From: Octopus sinensis
Taxonomy: Eukaryota
Direction of reading: 5' to 3'
NCBI RefSeq assembly: GCF_006345805.1
Contig: NC_043010.1
Span: forward strand, 4,092,001 to 4,156,000
DNA: 64,000 bases
The stretch's first letter is position 1. Each line of letters starts with the position of its first letter. This document shows positions 1 to 12,731 of this stretch, piece after piece. The position numbers and the translations under genes are program-made. Under the pieces are notes generated by a model. The model ran no database searches. It was not told where the DNA came from and saw only the letters and a program-made list of their open reading frames with translations.

Positions 1-140
1 TTACATTCAGGGTTCAAATTCCGCCAAGGTCAACTTTGCCTTTCATCCTTTTGGGGTTGATAAATTAAGCACCAGTTGTGTACTGGAGTCGATCTAATCG
101 ACTGGCCCCAACAATTTTAGGCCTTGGCCTAGAGTAGAAA
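1..140 (+). mobile_element. SINE family A (partial)
   Basis: Core gttcaaattccgccaaggtcaactttgcctttcatcctttt, repeated more than 15 times in the window. Confidence 0.8.
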
Positions 141-729
141 TGAATATACTTTTCAGAAAATATTCTGAATCTAGAAATAATTTTATTTTATAGCGGAGAC
201 TGTATATTTTAGAGATTACATGTGAGTGATTAAGTGATTTACAAGTAAAAATATATTGAATTTACAACAGCAGAAATAGTTGAAAGAGAAAAAATTAAAA
301 TATCTTGAAAGAAACAATAAATCTTATATTTTATTTTGAGTTCAACAATTGTTACAAGTGATTTTTACTCCTATCTTTTACCATTAGGCATGTTTGCATT
401 GTTAAGAAGTTTGTATTGCAGACATGTAGATTGGAATTTAACTCTACTGCTTTGCACATCTTTTATTACAGCCCCAAACTGACTAGTTATTTTAGTGAAT
501 TTTGGTTGACAAAAACTGTTCAGAAGCCTGTTAAGCACACACACATACACATGTATGCATGTATACAAACACACAGACACATCATTACCACCACCACCAC
601 TATCACCACTATCATCATCATCATCATCTTTATATTAACGTACAGTTTTCCATGCTTGCATGGGCCACATGGAATTTCCTAAGGCTGACATTCTACAGTT
701 GGATACCATCCTTGTCATCAACCTTCACC

Positions 730-1440
730 TGTGGCTGTGTGGTAAGTAGCTTGCTTCCCAACTATATGGTTCTGGGTTCAGTCCCACTGTGTGGCATTTT
801 GGGCAAGTGTCTTGACGTATAGCCTCGGGCCAACCAAAGCCTTTGAGTGGATTTGGTAGACAGAAACTGAAAGAAGCCTATTGTATACATGTAAATATAT
901 CACCATGATCAACGTGACTGACCAGGCTATCAGATGTTGCTACACATCGCTGTTCACAATGCACTTCACATTGTTTTAGCCTTCAAATGACACCACCCTG
1001 CTAGCTAAGTGAGCTGGTCAATAGAAGAAAGAGTGAGAGAAAATTGTGACAAAAGAGTACAGCAGGGATCACCACCACCCCCTGCCAGAGACTCATGGAG
1101 CTTTAGGTATTTTTGCTCAATAAACACTCACAACGCCCGGTCTGGGAATTGAAAGCGCGATCCTACAACTGCGAGTCTGCTGCCCTAACCACTGGGCCAT
1201 TGTATATATATGTGCGTGTGTGTGTATCTTTGTGTCTCTGTTTGTCCCCCCACCATTGCTTGAAACTAATGTTGGTGTGTTTATATCCCTATAACTTAGC
1301 AGTTCAGCAAAAGACACTGATTGAATAAGTAGTAGGCTTACAAAGAATAAGTCCTGGGGTTGATGTCTTCAACTAAAACCCTTTAAGGTGGTGCTCCAGC
1401 ATGGCCACAATCAAATCGCTGAAACATGTAAAAGAGTAAA
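730..1440 (+). mobile_element. SINE family B interrupted by a family C copy
   Basis: tRNA-like head gtggctgtgtggtaagtagcttgc..gggttcagtcccactg, central microsatellite, tail ctccagcatggccac. Confidence 0.8.
900..1203 (-). mobile_element. tRNA-derived SINE family C, tail variant 2
   Basis: Head rc ..ccctaaccactgggccat; tail catgatcaacgtgactgaccag. Confidence 0.8.
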
Positions 1441-1601
1441 ATAACCAAAGAATTTCCCTTTTGGCTTGGCATTATTTTCATGCAAGATGAGAAACAAACA
1501 ACATCACTTGCATGGCAGTGATGCTCATCCAGAACCATCACATGATGTCAAGACTAGGGAACACACACACACACACACATGCACAATAAGCTTCTTTTCA
1601 G

Positions 1602-1838
1602 TTTCTTATTTCTTTATTGCCCACAAGGGGCTAAACATAGAGAGGACAAACAAGGACAGACAAACGGATTAAGCCAATTAGATCAACCCCAGTGTGTAAC
1701 TGGTACTCAATTTATCGACCTCAAGAGGATGAAAGGCGAAGTCGACCTCGGTAGAATTTGAACTCAGAATGTAACGGCAGACGAAATACCGCTAAGCATT
1801 TCGCCCGGAGTGCTAACGTTTCTGCCAGCTCGCCGCCT
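1602..1838 (-). mobile_element. SINE family A nested in a family B copy
   Basis: Full-length; cagtttct repeated on both sides. Confidence 0.85.
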
Positions 1839-2836
1839 ACCAGTTTCTGCCTACCAAACCCTCAAAAGGCTTTGGTCAGCCTGGGGCTATAGTTGAAGTT
1901 GCTTTTACATAGTGCTGCACAGTGGAACTGAACCTGAAACCATATGGCAAGGTAGCGCAAGCTTATTAACCACACGGCCATACCTGTACCTACATGTGTG
2001 TGTGTGTGTGTGTGTGTATGTGTGTGTGTTTATTTGTGTGTGTTTGCATCTTTGTGTTTGTTTTTCCTTTTGACAATACCATCGGTTTGTTTACCTCCCC
2101 ATGACTTAACAGTTCACCATAATGCAACTGATAAAATGAAATAAATCCTGGGATTGATCTGACTTTGTCTTTCAAACTGATGCTCCAGTATGGTTGGAAC
2201 CCGATAACTGAAACCAGGAAAAGGGTATAGAATTAACTCTACATTGACCGTATACATCGTTTAATATATTTAAGGATTTTGGCCACACAGTTTCGTTGAA
2301 TATAATTATGAAGTAACTACGATATAACTTATTCGCATGTTAACTTTGGTTTGCTTTTATGGTCGCTAAAAATAGACCATAAAAATATTGTTCTTAAAAT
2401 CATAAAATATTCAATAATATAGTAGAAGTTATTTTGAAAAGAAATTTATATACCACAGTTCTGTGATAATATTGATTTCTGATTTGGCACAGAGCCACAC
2501 ATTTGTAGCAAAGGAGTTTATTCAAATGTATCACTCCTCAATAGGCAACTGGTACCTTCTCACATTATTGAGTCCTAGAAGGACAGAAGACAGAGTTAAC
2601 CCCAGTGGGATTTGAAACTAGAATATGAAAGAATGTGACTAAATGCTGCCAAATATTTAGTTTGCTTTCCCATCTTGTTGAGATCAACTTTGCTTTTCAT
2701 CCTTTCTGGGTTGATGGAATGGATACCAGTTTAGCACTGGGGTCAATAGAAGAAAGGATTTTTCCTAATTTGGGCATAACACTAACATTTTTGAGGGGAG
2801 GTGCTTGTCAATTACATCGACTCCAATATATGACCA

Positions 2837-3062
2837 GTGAGCTGGCAGAACCGTTAGCACGCCGGGCGAAATACGTAGCAGTATTTCGTCTGCCGTCATG
2901 TTCTAAGTTCAAATTCTGCCGAGGTCAACTTTGCCTTTCATCCTTTCGGGGTCGATTAAATAAGTACCAGTTTCGCACTGGAGTTGATGTAATCGACTTA
3001 ATTCGTTTGTCTGCCCTTGTTTGTCCCCTCTATGTTTAGCCCCTTGAGGGTAATAAAGAAAC
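2837..3062 (+). mobile_element. SINE family A, inserted in an older antisense A copy (~2760-3150)
   Basis: Head gagctggcagaaccgttagcacgccgggcgaaat, tail gggtaataaagaa. Confidence 0.85.
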
Positions 3063-3424
3063 AAAATATTTGGCTGGTTCTTTATTTTATTGATTCTAAA
3101 AGGATGAAAAGAAGTGCTGAATGGCAGGATTTGAACTCAGAATGTAAACAACCATAACTAAATATAACAAGATACTTCGTTGAAAGTTCTAATAATTCTG
3201 CCAATTCCACCTCCTCGCATTACACAATAATAATAATAATGATAATTATAATAGAGCAGTAGCTGATTATAGCACAGTTAGTCTCCCCATATTAATAACC
3301 ATAACTGAAAACTGAAAAAGAGAGATTCCTGTGAAAAACTGAAACACTTTTTGATACCTTATTCAAAATAAATAAATCATAACTGCTGCTGCTGTTGCTG
3401 CTGCTACAATATTCTTTTCCATTT

Positions 3425-3570
3425 TTGGCACAAGGTCTGAAAATTTGGGGGAGACAGTGGGGCAGTCGATTAGATCAGTCCCAGTACACAACTGGTACTT
3501 AATTTCTCGACCCCCGAAAGGATGAAAGCAAAGTCGACCTTGGCAGAATTTGAACTCAGAACGTAAAGTT
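3425..3570 (-). mobile_element. SINE family A (partial)
   Basis: Reverse core ccccgaaaggatgaaagcaaagtcgaccttggcagaatttgaactcag. Confidence 0.8.
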
Positions 3571-3603
3571 GCTACTACAATATTAAAAGTCTTTTTCTTA
3601 TTG

Positions 3604-3723
3604 CTATTGTTGCTGTGACTACTACTGCTACTACTACTACTACTACTACAGCTGCTGCTGCTGCTACTGCTGCTACTACTACTACTACTGCTGCTGCTGC
3701 TACTACTACTACTACTGCTATTG

Positions 3724-3763
<40 letters not shown>

Positions 3764-3864
3764 TACTGCTGCTGCTACTGCCACCACTACCACTACTACC
3801 ACCACCACTGCCACCATTACTACTACTACTACTACTACTAGTACTACTACTACTGCTGCTGCTG
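3604..3864. repeat. Compound (ACT)n/(GCT)n/(ACC)n array
   Basis: Direct reading; source of the poly-T/A/V/L ORFs. Confidence 0.95.
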
Positions 3865-4357
3865 TCACATTTTCATACTGAAGATTCTGAACAATCAATG
3901 TGCTTATTCAAATTTATTCATTGAATCTATTATTTTAGTTGTTTCTTTGAATTTAAATTTGTGTGGGTGCAGACAAAAGTGCTAGAAACTAGTATATGTT
4001 TTGCTATCAAAAAAACAAAAAAAAGGAGACATTTAGCTGTGTTTGAGATAACCATTATTTTAGAATTATATATAAAAAAGAAAAAAATAGAAGCCCAACA
4101 GCCCAAGGCAGTTTCACATGAAAAAGAAACGAGTTGTTGACAAACTATTAAGGTTTTAAAATCAATATTATTTTGGCTTAATTGAAACTATTTTGTATGA
4201 CTATTTTGTTAAGGGAAATAATGAAAATACTTTTCAATGGAAATCATTCAAAAATTCCTGCTTTTATTAGAATTTAAGTTTGGCATAAATTTTTATTTTT
4301 TATTTTCTATCAATGGCTTTCAAAATACACTCACTATGCACCAATGAAAACTGTTAC

Positions 4358-4667
4358 CTTTCTTTTACTTATAATTACATTGGTAGGCAATAAATGTCTC
4401 TATTACACCTATGTGCACATTAATTTATAACTCTGCTAATTGACATTATCTCTAAAGTTATTAAATTCTTGTTGTAAAGTAATCAATACTATGATTAGAG
4501 CAATGAAATCATCATTTTTCATATCAAAGTTACGTATCATAAAGCAAAGCTTATATTCAAGTGATTCACATTTTAAGAAGTCAAGCAATGTGGATTAATT
4601 GGTAGAGCTATTGCCAGCATAAGTTTCTAAAGATCTATATAAAGATATGCAGGCTATAAAGGGTTAT
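4358..4667 (-). pseudogene. Possible decayed exon with short hydrophobic stretch
   Basis: Acceptor tgtcttcccttag| and donor AAG|gtaaca bracket LLDFLKCESLEYKLCFMIRNFDMKNDDFIALIIVLITLQQ; several stops. Confidence 0.2.
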
Positions 4668-4838
4668 CTAAGGGAAGACAATACATTACTTCAAAGTACA
4701 AGTACTTTATATACACTGAGCTACCATTAATTTCTATCTATCGAATTCTACCCACTAAGCTTGGCTTGGCTAGTGCTATGAAAAGAATTATTTACACAAT
4801 GTCACATATTGTGGTATCAAATCTGGAGTGGTATTGTA

Positions 4839-5060
4839 AGGCGGCAAGCTGGCACAAACGTTAGTACGCCGGGCGAAATGCGTAGCCGTATTTCGTCTGC
4901 CGTTACGTTCTGAGTTCAAATCCTGCTGAGGTCGACTTTGCCTTTCATCCTTTCGGGGTCGATTAAATAAGTACCAGTTACGCACTGGGGGTCGATATAA
5001 TTGACTTAATCCATTTGTCTGTCCTCTTTGTATTTAGCCCCTTGTGGGTAGTAAAGAAAA
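4839..5060 (+). mobile_element. SINE family A
   Basis: Full-length; ggtattg on both flanks. Confidence 0.85.
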
Positions 5061-5322
5061 AGGTATTGCTATAGCTTCAGATTAGCCAATAGATTGTAAG
5101 TAAAACTGGGTAGGTGGAAACTAAATAGAAGCCTTTCACTTGAATTGTACATGTATTTCAAAGTACCAGCCTGTGTCACTCTGATACCATCTGAGAATGA
5201 CATTAAGGGTAAATGTATTGACCACATACACATTAATTGGTGAGCGTGATTGTTAAGTTGAGACGGAGCAACTGAAGATTCAGGGTTAAAAATTCAGACC
5301 AAGAAAATTCTTCCCCTCTCTT

Positions 5323-5370
<48 letters not shown>

Positions 5371-5373
<3 letters not shown>

Positions 5374-5880
5374 CAGGTTTAACTCATAAGCATGAACTTT
5401 ATCCAAAATCATAACAACAAAATATATACCACCCCCCCCCATATTTCCGAACAGCCCATGGATGGAGCAGAATGTATTTTGTTGGTCAGTTATGGGTTAA
5501 ACATACTGGCACACAAAATTCTAACCTTGAGTTCATTATTCTATGTGGCCTGACCACATTCTTATCAACTTGTCATGACCAGAAACACACACACAAACAT
5601 AGACACACACAAACACACACACACACACACCACACACATGCAGGTTTAACTCATAAGCATGAACTTTATCCAAAATCATAACAACAAAATATATACCCCC
5701 CCCCCCATATTTCCGAACAGCCCATGGATGGAGCAGAATGTATTTTGTTGGTCAGTTATGGGTTAAACATACTGGCACACAAAATTCTAACCTTGAGTTC
5801 ATTATTCTATGTGGCCTGACCACATTCTTATCAACTTGTCATGACCAGAAACACACACACAAACATAGACACACACAAAC
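5371..5880. repeat. Tandem duplication, period 267 bp
   Basis: atgcaggtttaactcataagc at 5371 and 5638; ends in (CA)n. Confidence 0.95.
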
Positions 5881-6278
5881 ACACACACACACACACACAC
5901 AAACATAGACACACACAAACACACACACACACAAACATAGACACACACAAACACACACACACACAAACACACACACAAACACACACACACACACGCATCT
6001 AAAGTAATAAGTTAAAATTAAGATTTAAAATTTCAGTGTTGGGTATGTCCTTGGTAGTGTGCCGATAAAGCGCATACACTGCCTATGGTTACCTGGCATC
6101 ATTCACTGTAATTGTATAATCATCACTGGATCTAAGTTAGGAATTCCTCAGTGTATGTTGAATATAACAGAAACAATAGAGACGGAAAATGGAATAAATG
6201 GAAAACTTGCAGTTTCCTGTTTATTCCATTTTCTGTCTGTATTGTTCTATTATCTATAGTAGCAATAGTAGCAGTAGT

Positions 6279-6288
<10 letters not shown>

Positions 6289-6351
<63 letters not shown>

Positions 6352-6389
6352 TATATATCATACTCTATAAACTCACGCACACACAGTAT

Positions 6390-6440
<51 letters not shown>
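6289..6440. repeat. (AT)n microsatellites
   Basis: Direct reading. Confidence 0.95.
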
Positions 6441-6453
<13 letters not shown>

Positions 6454-6479
6454 CAGGCATTTGTGTGTGTGTAAAGGAT

Positions 6480-6831
6480 AGTCCACACTGTAAAGTGGTT
6501 GGTATTAGGAAGGGCATTCAACCATAAAAACAATGCTGAGGCAGACATTGGATCTAGATGCAGTCATTTGATATATCAGTTCCTGTCAAACCATCCAACC
6601 CATACCAGCATAGAACATGGATATTAAATGATGATGATGATAATGATGATGATGATGATGACGGTGGTGGTGGTGGTGGTGGTGGTGATGTGTAAATGTA
6701 ATGAATGTTGGAAGGTTTGGAAATTGTGATAATTGGTTAACAACTGATGAGTATTTGAGCTTGACTGCATCTGTTGTTTGTGTGTTTTTTCTGTAAATTC
6801 TATTGTCCTGCTTTACTGCGCCACATTTCCA

Positions 6832-6871
<40 letters not shown>

Positions 6872-7380
6872 TACTATCATCATCATCATCATCATTTAAC
6901 GTCTGCCCTTCATACTGGCATGGGTAGGACGGTTTGACAGGAGCCGACCAGGCAGAAGCCTGCACCAGACTTCTGTGACTGTTTTGGCAGGATTTTCACA
7001 GCTGGATGCCCTTCCAACACCAACCACTCAGCAGAGTGGAATTAGTGCTTTTTACGTGGCACAAGCACAGGCATGGTCAGTTTTGGCAAGGTTTTTACAG
7101 CTGGATGCCCTTCCAAATGCCAACCCCTTTACAGTGTGGGCTGGGTACTTTTAAGTGGCAGCTGCACTGACAGGGTCCCCAAGTACTTGCAAGACAAAAA
7201 AAAACAACTTTCGAGAGGTAAGAGGACATTGGAGGTGATATTGTGTCAGATGACCAAAAGGTTATAGTGAGAGAGAGACGGAAACTGGTGTCTTGCTGTG
7301 GAGGAGGTACAAGGTTACTTGGCTGTAGAGAGAGAGAGAGAGATATCGTGAGAGAGAGAGAGATCAAGAATGAAGACAGA
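6480..7380. mobile_element. Inverted pair of family D-related copies (+ ~6480-6690, - ~6880-7380)
   Basis: + copy ends in (GAT)n/(GGT)n; - copy starts with (CAT)n and has two ctggatgcccttccaa cores. Confidence 0.7.
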
Positions 7381-7389
7381 GACAGGTGC

Positions 7390-7730
7390 ACTGCTGCAAA
7401 AGAAATACATGGTTACCTAACCTGAGGGAAGTACAGGAGAAGGAGAGAGAGAGAGAGTGGAAGACAGCAGGATAGAGATGGCAGCAAAATGCAGGGCATA
7501 CTCAGAATATGAATGGGATGGTTGAGTAAAGGAAGAGTGAGATATAGATGGTGGCAAGTGCCAAGGCTTACACTTGAGGTTTGAATGCCATAATATAAGT
7601 GGCAGGATATTGTGGGGGGAAGCGTAATTAAAGAGTGCAGAGGTGGTGGTGGTGGTCGTGGCAGTGGGATAGTGAGTGTTATATATATGAGTGCATGAGC
7701 AAGTAGTTAAGAAATTCACTTCACAACCTT
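7390..7730 (-). mobile_element. CR1/L2-like LINE 3' fragment
   Basis: LFNYASPHNILPLILWHSNLKCK..HL followed by a pyrimidine-rich UTR on minus. Confidence 0.4.
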
Positions 7731-8261
7731 GCCACTGCAAGTTCAATACCACTGTATAGAACCTTATTCAAATATTTTTTTAACACACCATCAGTTCAAG
7801 CCAAGCCTTGGAAGTAAAACTGTGTAGACAAAGTGGAAACCTAGCCTATCAACTGTACTTGTACTTCTAAGAACTGTATCATATTATTATATATATAAAC
7901 TCTGTATGCAGCAGTATTTATAATAAGCTCGATATAATATAATTGATGTGGGTTTAATCATTTTTTAGTCCAAGCTCAACTCTGTTTAAGCAAACCTATG
8001 GTTAATGATATTCCAACAATGACCATTCCATTGTTTTCTTTTGTTTGTAGGTATTTGAAGTTCTACATTCCCAGTTAAATCATTTCCTTATTATATAGGC
8101 TGTGCTTTAAGGGAAATTAGGTTGCTATTTCTAGAAGGTATTCAGTTTATTTGCTTGCTGACCTGAATTATAAAATCATAAAATTTAAAAATTTTTTGGT
8201 ATATTCAAAGGGAGAAATATTTCTTGGTTGCTTAATGTTATAACAACAAATGGAAATATTG

Positions 8262-8450
8262 ATTTCAAACTTTGGCACAAGGCCAGCAAATTTGGAGGAG
8301 AGTAAATCAAATACCTCAACCCCAGTGCGCAACTGGTTCTCTACTTATTTACCCTGAAAGAATGAAAGGCAAAGTTAACCTCGGCAGAATTCGTACTCAG
8401 AATGTGAAGATGAACAAAACGTTGCTAAGGATTTTGCCAGCTTACCACTT
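8262..8450 (-). mobile_element. SINE family A (degenerate)
   Basis: Reverse core ctgaaagaatgaaaggcaaagttaacctcggcagaatt. Confidence 0.7.
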
Positions 8451-8709
8451 TAACTAATTGCAATATTAGTCAAATCACTTTACACAGGTAATATCTCCCC
8501 ATGACCAAACCTGTTTCATAAGATTGGAAATGAAGCATTCTGTTTACATGATTGTGATGCTTATCTATGACTATCAGACAGTTTCCAAACAATGAGACAG
8601 CAACTCACACATATGCAAACAAGAATGCACACACACATATATATATATACGTTTATATATTTATATTTGTATATATGAGTGGACAAATTCACTCATATAT
8701 ATATATACT

Positions 8710-9040
8710 GGCTTCCGTGCCGGTGGCACATAAAAAGCACCATCCGAATCATGGCCGAAGCCAGTGCCGCCTTGACTGGCTTCCATGCTGGTGGCATGTA
8801 AAATGCACCAATCTGATCGTGGCCATTGCCAGCCTTGCTTGGCATCTGTGCAGGTGGCACGTAAAAAGCACCCACTACACTCATGGAGTGGTTGGCGTTA
8901 GGAAGGGCATCCAGCTGTAGAAACGCTGCTACGTCAGACTAGAGCCTGGTGCAGCCTTCTGGCTTCCCAGATCCCCGGTCGCACCGTCCAACCCATGCTA
9001 GCATGGAAAGCGGATGCTTAATGATGATGATGATGATGAT
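8710..9040 (+). mobile_element. SINE family D with (GAT)n tail
   Basis: Three ggcacgtaaaaagcacc-type units, ggttggcgttaggaagggcatccagc, tail ccaacccatgctagcatggaaa..gatgatgat. Confidence 0.85.
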
Positions 9041-9189
9041 ATATATATATACACAAAAGTGGCAGTCAATGCGTTTGGTGAGAGTTATACATATCTTTAA
9101 TAATAATTTGGTTGAGTGTTATTAAAATATATATATATATATATGTTTGTGTGTGTGCATGCACATATATATGTGTACACACACTACAA

Positions 9190-9320
9190 TCTTTGTACAG
9201 TTTCCATCTACCAAATCCACTCACAATGCTTTTGTTAGCCTGAGGCTATAGTACAAGACACTTGCCCAAGCTGCTCAACTTGAAACCAATTGGTTGGGAA
9301 GCAATCTTCTTACCACACAC
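9190..9320 (-). mobile_element. SINE family B head (similar heads at ~1840-1990, 37060-37190, 50420-50570)
   Basis: ccaaatccactcacaa..gctatag..gacacttgcccaag. Confidence 0.7.
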
Positions 9321-9332
9321 CCGTGCCTGTGT

Positions 9333-9335
<3 letters not shown>

Positions 9336-9394
<59 letters not shown>

Positions 9395-9520
9395 TATATA
9401 TATACACACACATACATACATACACACATACATACATACATACATACATACATACATACATACATACATACATACATACATACATACATACATACATACA
9501 TACATGTGTGTGTGTGTGTG
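9336..9520. repeat. (AT)n + (ATAC)n + (GT)n compound microsatellite
   Basis: Direct reading. Confidence 0.95.
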
Positions 9521-10449
9521 TATAGTCCTATATGCCACTAAAGTTATAGGAAAGTCATGGCTGGAATGGTTTTGATCATAGGTATACTCAACCCACTTTT
9601 ATCTTCGTCTAAACAGCATCAACAACAACTGGGAGATGCCTCTGCATACAGCAATAATTGAAAAATATTGACTAAAAGGAAGGGAAAAAAGTGAATAGTT
9701 ATTACTTTTTCTATTTTCTATGGTTATACCAATTTTTAGATTATTGGATGTACCTTTCTTGTGACAGATATTTTATAATTAATATATGTATATATATAGT
9801 AATTGACAAAATTCCCAGACTTATAGAACTCTTTGAAGTTTGTTTTCATTTCATCAGCAAATAGTAAGTCATTCTACATTACTTTAATATTGAATTTCTC
9901 CTTTGAATAAGTATATGTTCAATTTCTACTGAATGTCATAAAATACTTTTTTTTTTATATATTTTATATATATTTTTTCTTTTTGTCTTTTGGTCTTTTT
10001 TTTTTCTACTAGCATACATTAAATTCATTTGTTTCAATAAGAAATGTTTAAGCTTTGCCCATCATTAGAAAATGTTGAGTAACTATAGCTTTCTAATACA
10101 TATTGATGTTTCTATTTTTCATCAAGAATCATATGATCATTATTATCATCATCATTGTCGTCTTTGTCCATTTCCTCCTAATCATCATCATCATCATCCT
10201 CATCATCATTCTATGCACAGATCTATATTAAATTTTTAACAAATAATTATGAATTGATTTTTCTCTCAGTAATTTTCTTATGACAAGTAAAAATATTAAT
10301 TTCTTACATTCTGCTATCGACTGACATTAAAAAAATAATAAATAAATAAATAAATAAATAAAATTATCATAGAGTTAGAATTCATTAAATTCAAATATCA
10401 TACAAGTTGATGTTAAATTCTGAATACATTTTGAATTCATCTTATGCTG

Positions 10450-10489
<40 letters not shown>

Positions 10490-10989
10490 TTGTATGAAAT
10501 TCGATTACACTTTTAATTAGTTCTAAAGACATCAAACATAAATTTTACATCATGCATGCAATGCAATTAAGTGAAGGGAAGGTGTATCATACCATTAGAC
10601 AGTAAATTAAACTTTGCGTCATCGTCATCATTACATAAAATAAATAACAAAAATGTTAAATACTTATTATAATAACTCAACAGAGAGAACATTTTTCAAT
10701 AAAGTAATTATTTCATATTTAACCTATTCTTATACAGACATGTATATGTTGACCGACTTATGCCAGATATTGTTATTTTGGAAATATTTTCACTATTGAA
10801 TATATATGATAAGCATAGACAGAAGAAAATTCTAGAAGCATAAATGTTTGCTTTTGAAATTTTTCGGTGATTTTGAATTCGAACACAGCCAATGCCAGCT
10901 TTGCATTTCATCTCATGTGGTCAATGAAACAAGGTACTAGCCAAGTACTAAAATTGATGGTATTGATGGAACCTGGTATTATTAATGTG

Positions 10990-11137
10990 ATGAGCTGGCA
11001 GAATGGTTAATACATTGAACAAAATGCTCAGCAACATTTCTTCTGGCCCTTTAAATTCTGAGTTCAAAGACACTGGGGACAATGTAATTGACTTAACCTG
11101 CTTCCAAAATTGCTGGACTTGTGCCAAAATTTGAAGC

Positions 11138-11186
<49 letters not shown>

Positions 11187-11225
11187 GTTATTATTATTAT
11201 TATTGTTATTATTATTATATTATTA

Positions 11226-11281
<56 letters not shown>

Positions 11282-11478
11282 GTTATTATTATTATTATTA
11301 TTATTATTAAGCCAGCAAGCTGGCAGAGTCATTATCTCTTCAAGTAAAATGCCTAGTGGTATCGAGGTTAACATTGTCTTTCAGCCTTCCAAAGTATCGG
11401 TCAAGTACTGGGGTCGATATAATTGACTTTCTCCCCACCCTCAAAATTGCTTGCCTTGTGCCAAAATTAGAAAGTATT
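10990..11478 (+). mobile_element. Two degenerate family A SINEs separated by a long (ATT)n
   Basis: Heads gagctggcaga at ~10992 and ~11318; both tails run into (ATT)n. Confidence 0.65.
11139..11308. repeat. (ATT)n microsatellite with GTT variants
   Basis: Direct reading. Confidence 0.95.
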
Positions 11479-11494
11479 ATTATTATTATTATTG

Positions 11495-12020
11495 GGTGAA
11501 AGAGCAGAACATATCATCAAAGTGACACTGGGGCAAAATATATGAAGTCCAGTATACCCATCTGATAAGGTTACACCAAGTACATGCACCACAACCATAT
11601 GTCATGACACGGTGATCTTATATCAAGATAAACAGAGCATGACCTTGCAGGTGGGGCCCAGTTAAAATTTTCTTCAGGTTGAGCAGCTCATCCTGCTCAA
11701 AAGGTCTCTGAATAAAGGTTGTTTCAGGATGTTGAATGTAACACCCATGTTTCCAGAGGCGGATTATTCAAATCCCAAAGAATTCCTACCAACACATGTC
11801 CATAATGCTCTCCCCACTATCTCTGCATGTGTTCAGATATGCATATATTGTCAGCCACTAAGGGAAATGCTCAACCAGTTAAGGTCAAACAACTGACAAG
11901 CAAATCTGGTATTGAATAGAATATTTACTGTAACCCATCTTTTTATACTTAAACAACATATATACATGATGTTAAGATTAGAAGCTATGAGAGCCACTGC
12001 CTGGTACTGCATCAGGGCGT
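11495..12020 (-). mobile_element. Unclassified retroposon 3' fragment
   Basis: GC-richer block ending in an (AAT)n tail on minus; single copy in the window, class not determinable. Confidence 0.3.
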
Positions 12021-12079
12021 TTATTATCATCATTATCAGCATCATCATCATCAGTATCATCATCATCATCATCATTATT

Positions 12080-12292
12080 AAGGTGGCAAGCTGGCAAAAT
12101 CGTTAGCATGAAGGGCAAAATATTTAGTGGCATTTCGTGCATCTTTTATGTTCTGAGTTCAAATTCTGCCAAGTTCAACTTTACTTTTCACCCTCTTGGG
12201 GTCAATAAAATAAGTACCAGTTGAACACTGGGGTTGATGTAATTGACCAGCCCCCTCTTTTGAATTTCAGGCCTTGTACCTACATTAGAAAG
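12080..12292 (+). mobile_element. SINE family A
   Basis: aaggtggcaagctggcaaaatcgttagc head, core, (ATT)n tail. Confidence 0.75.
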
Positions 12293-12319
12293 TATTATTA
12301 TCATTATTATTATTATTGT

Positions 12320-12679
12320 CATTTACTTTTAATCTGCATGTTTGATGCAATCACTTGCCGGGGCACACCCAGCGCCCTAGGGCAAGTGAAGGTTAAGAGT
12401 TGTTGAAATATAGCTGAAAGCTTGGGGAGGGGAAGTAGAGAAATATCTCCATGTAATACAACACAAACATTTACATTGATAGGGTTTTTCTAAGGATGTG
12501 GGCAGTACTTGTTAGCACAATCTTTTGGATTTCCTTAAGACATGGTTCTCCAGGGATATTGTCGAGGTGTTTCTGACATCCCTTTTTTATCATACCTAGG
12601 GCACCTACAATAACAGGAACAGTTTTTGTTTTAAGATTCCACATCTTTTGTATTTCGATTTCCAGGTCCTTGTATTTAC

Positions 12680-12680
<1 letters not shown>
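12320..12680 (-). mobile_element. R4/Dong-type LINE 3' end fragment
   Basis: ORF KYKDLEIEIQKMWNLKTKTVPVIVGALGMIKKG...IVLTSTAHILRKTLSM* plus 3' UTR; flanked by (ATT)n on both sides. Confidence 0.85.

Positions 12681-12731
<51 letters not shown>

Noticed and set aside
3575-3924. Poly-V, poly-T and poly-L ORFs
   Set aside because: Pure trinucleotide microsatellite without splice context.
6132-6548. [12 protein letters not shown]-rich ORFs here and at 9246-9575, 11093-11426, 22133-22487, 51594-52147, 55732-56266
   Set aside because: Translations of (AT)n, (CA)n, (ATAC)n and (ATT)n arrays.
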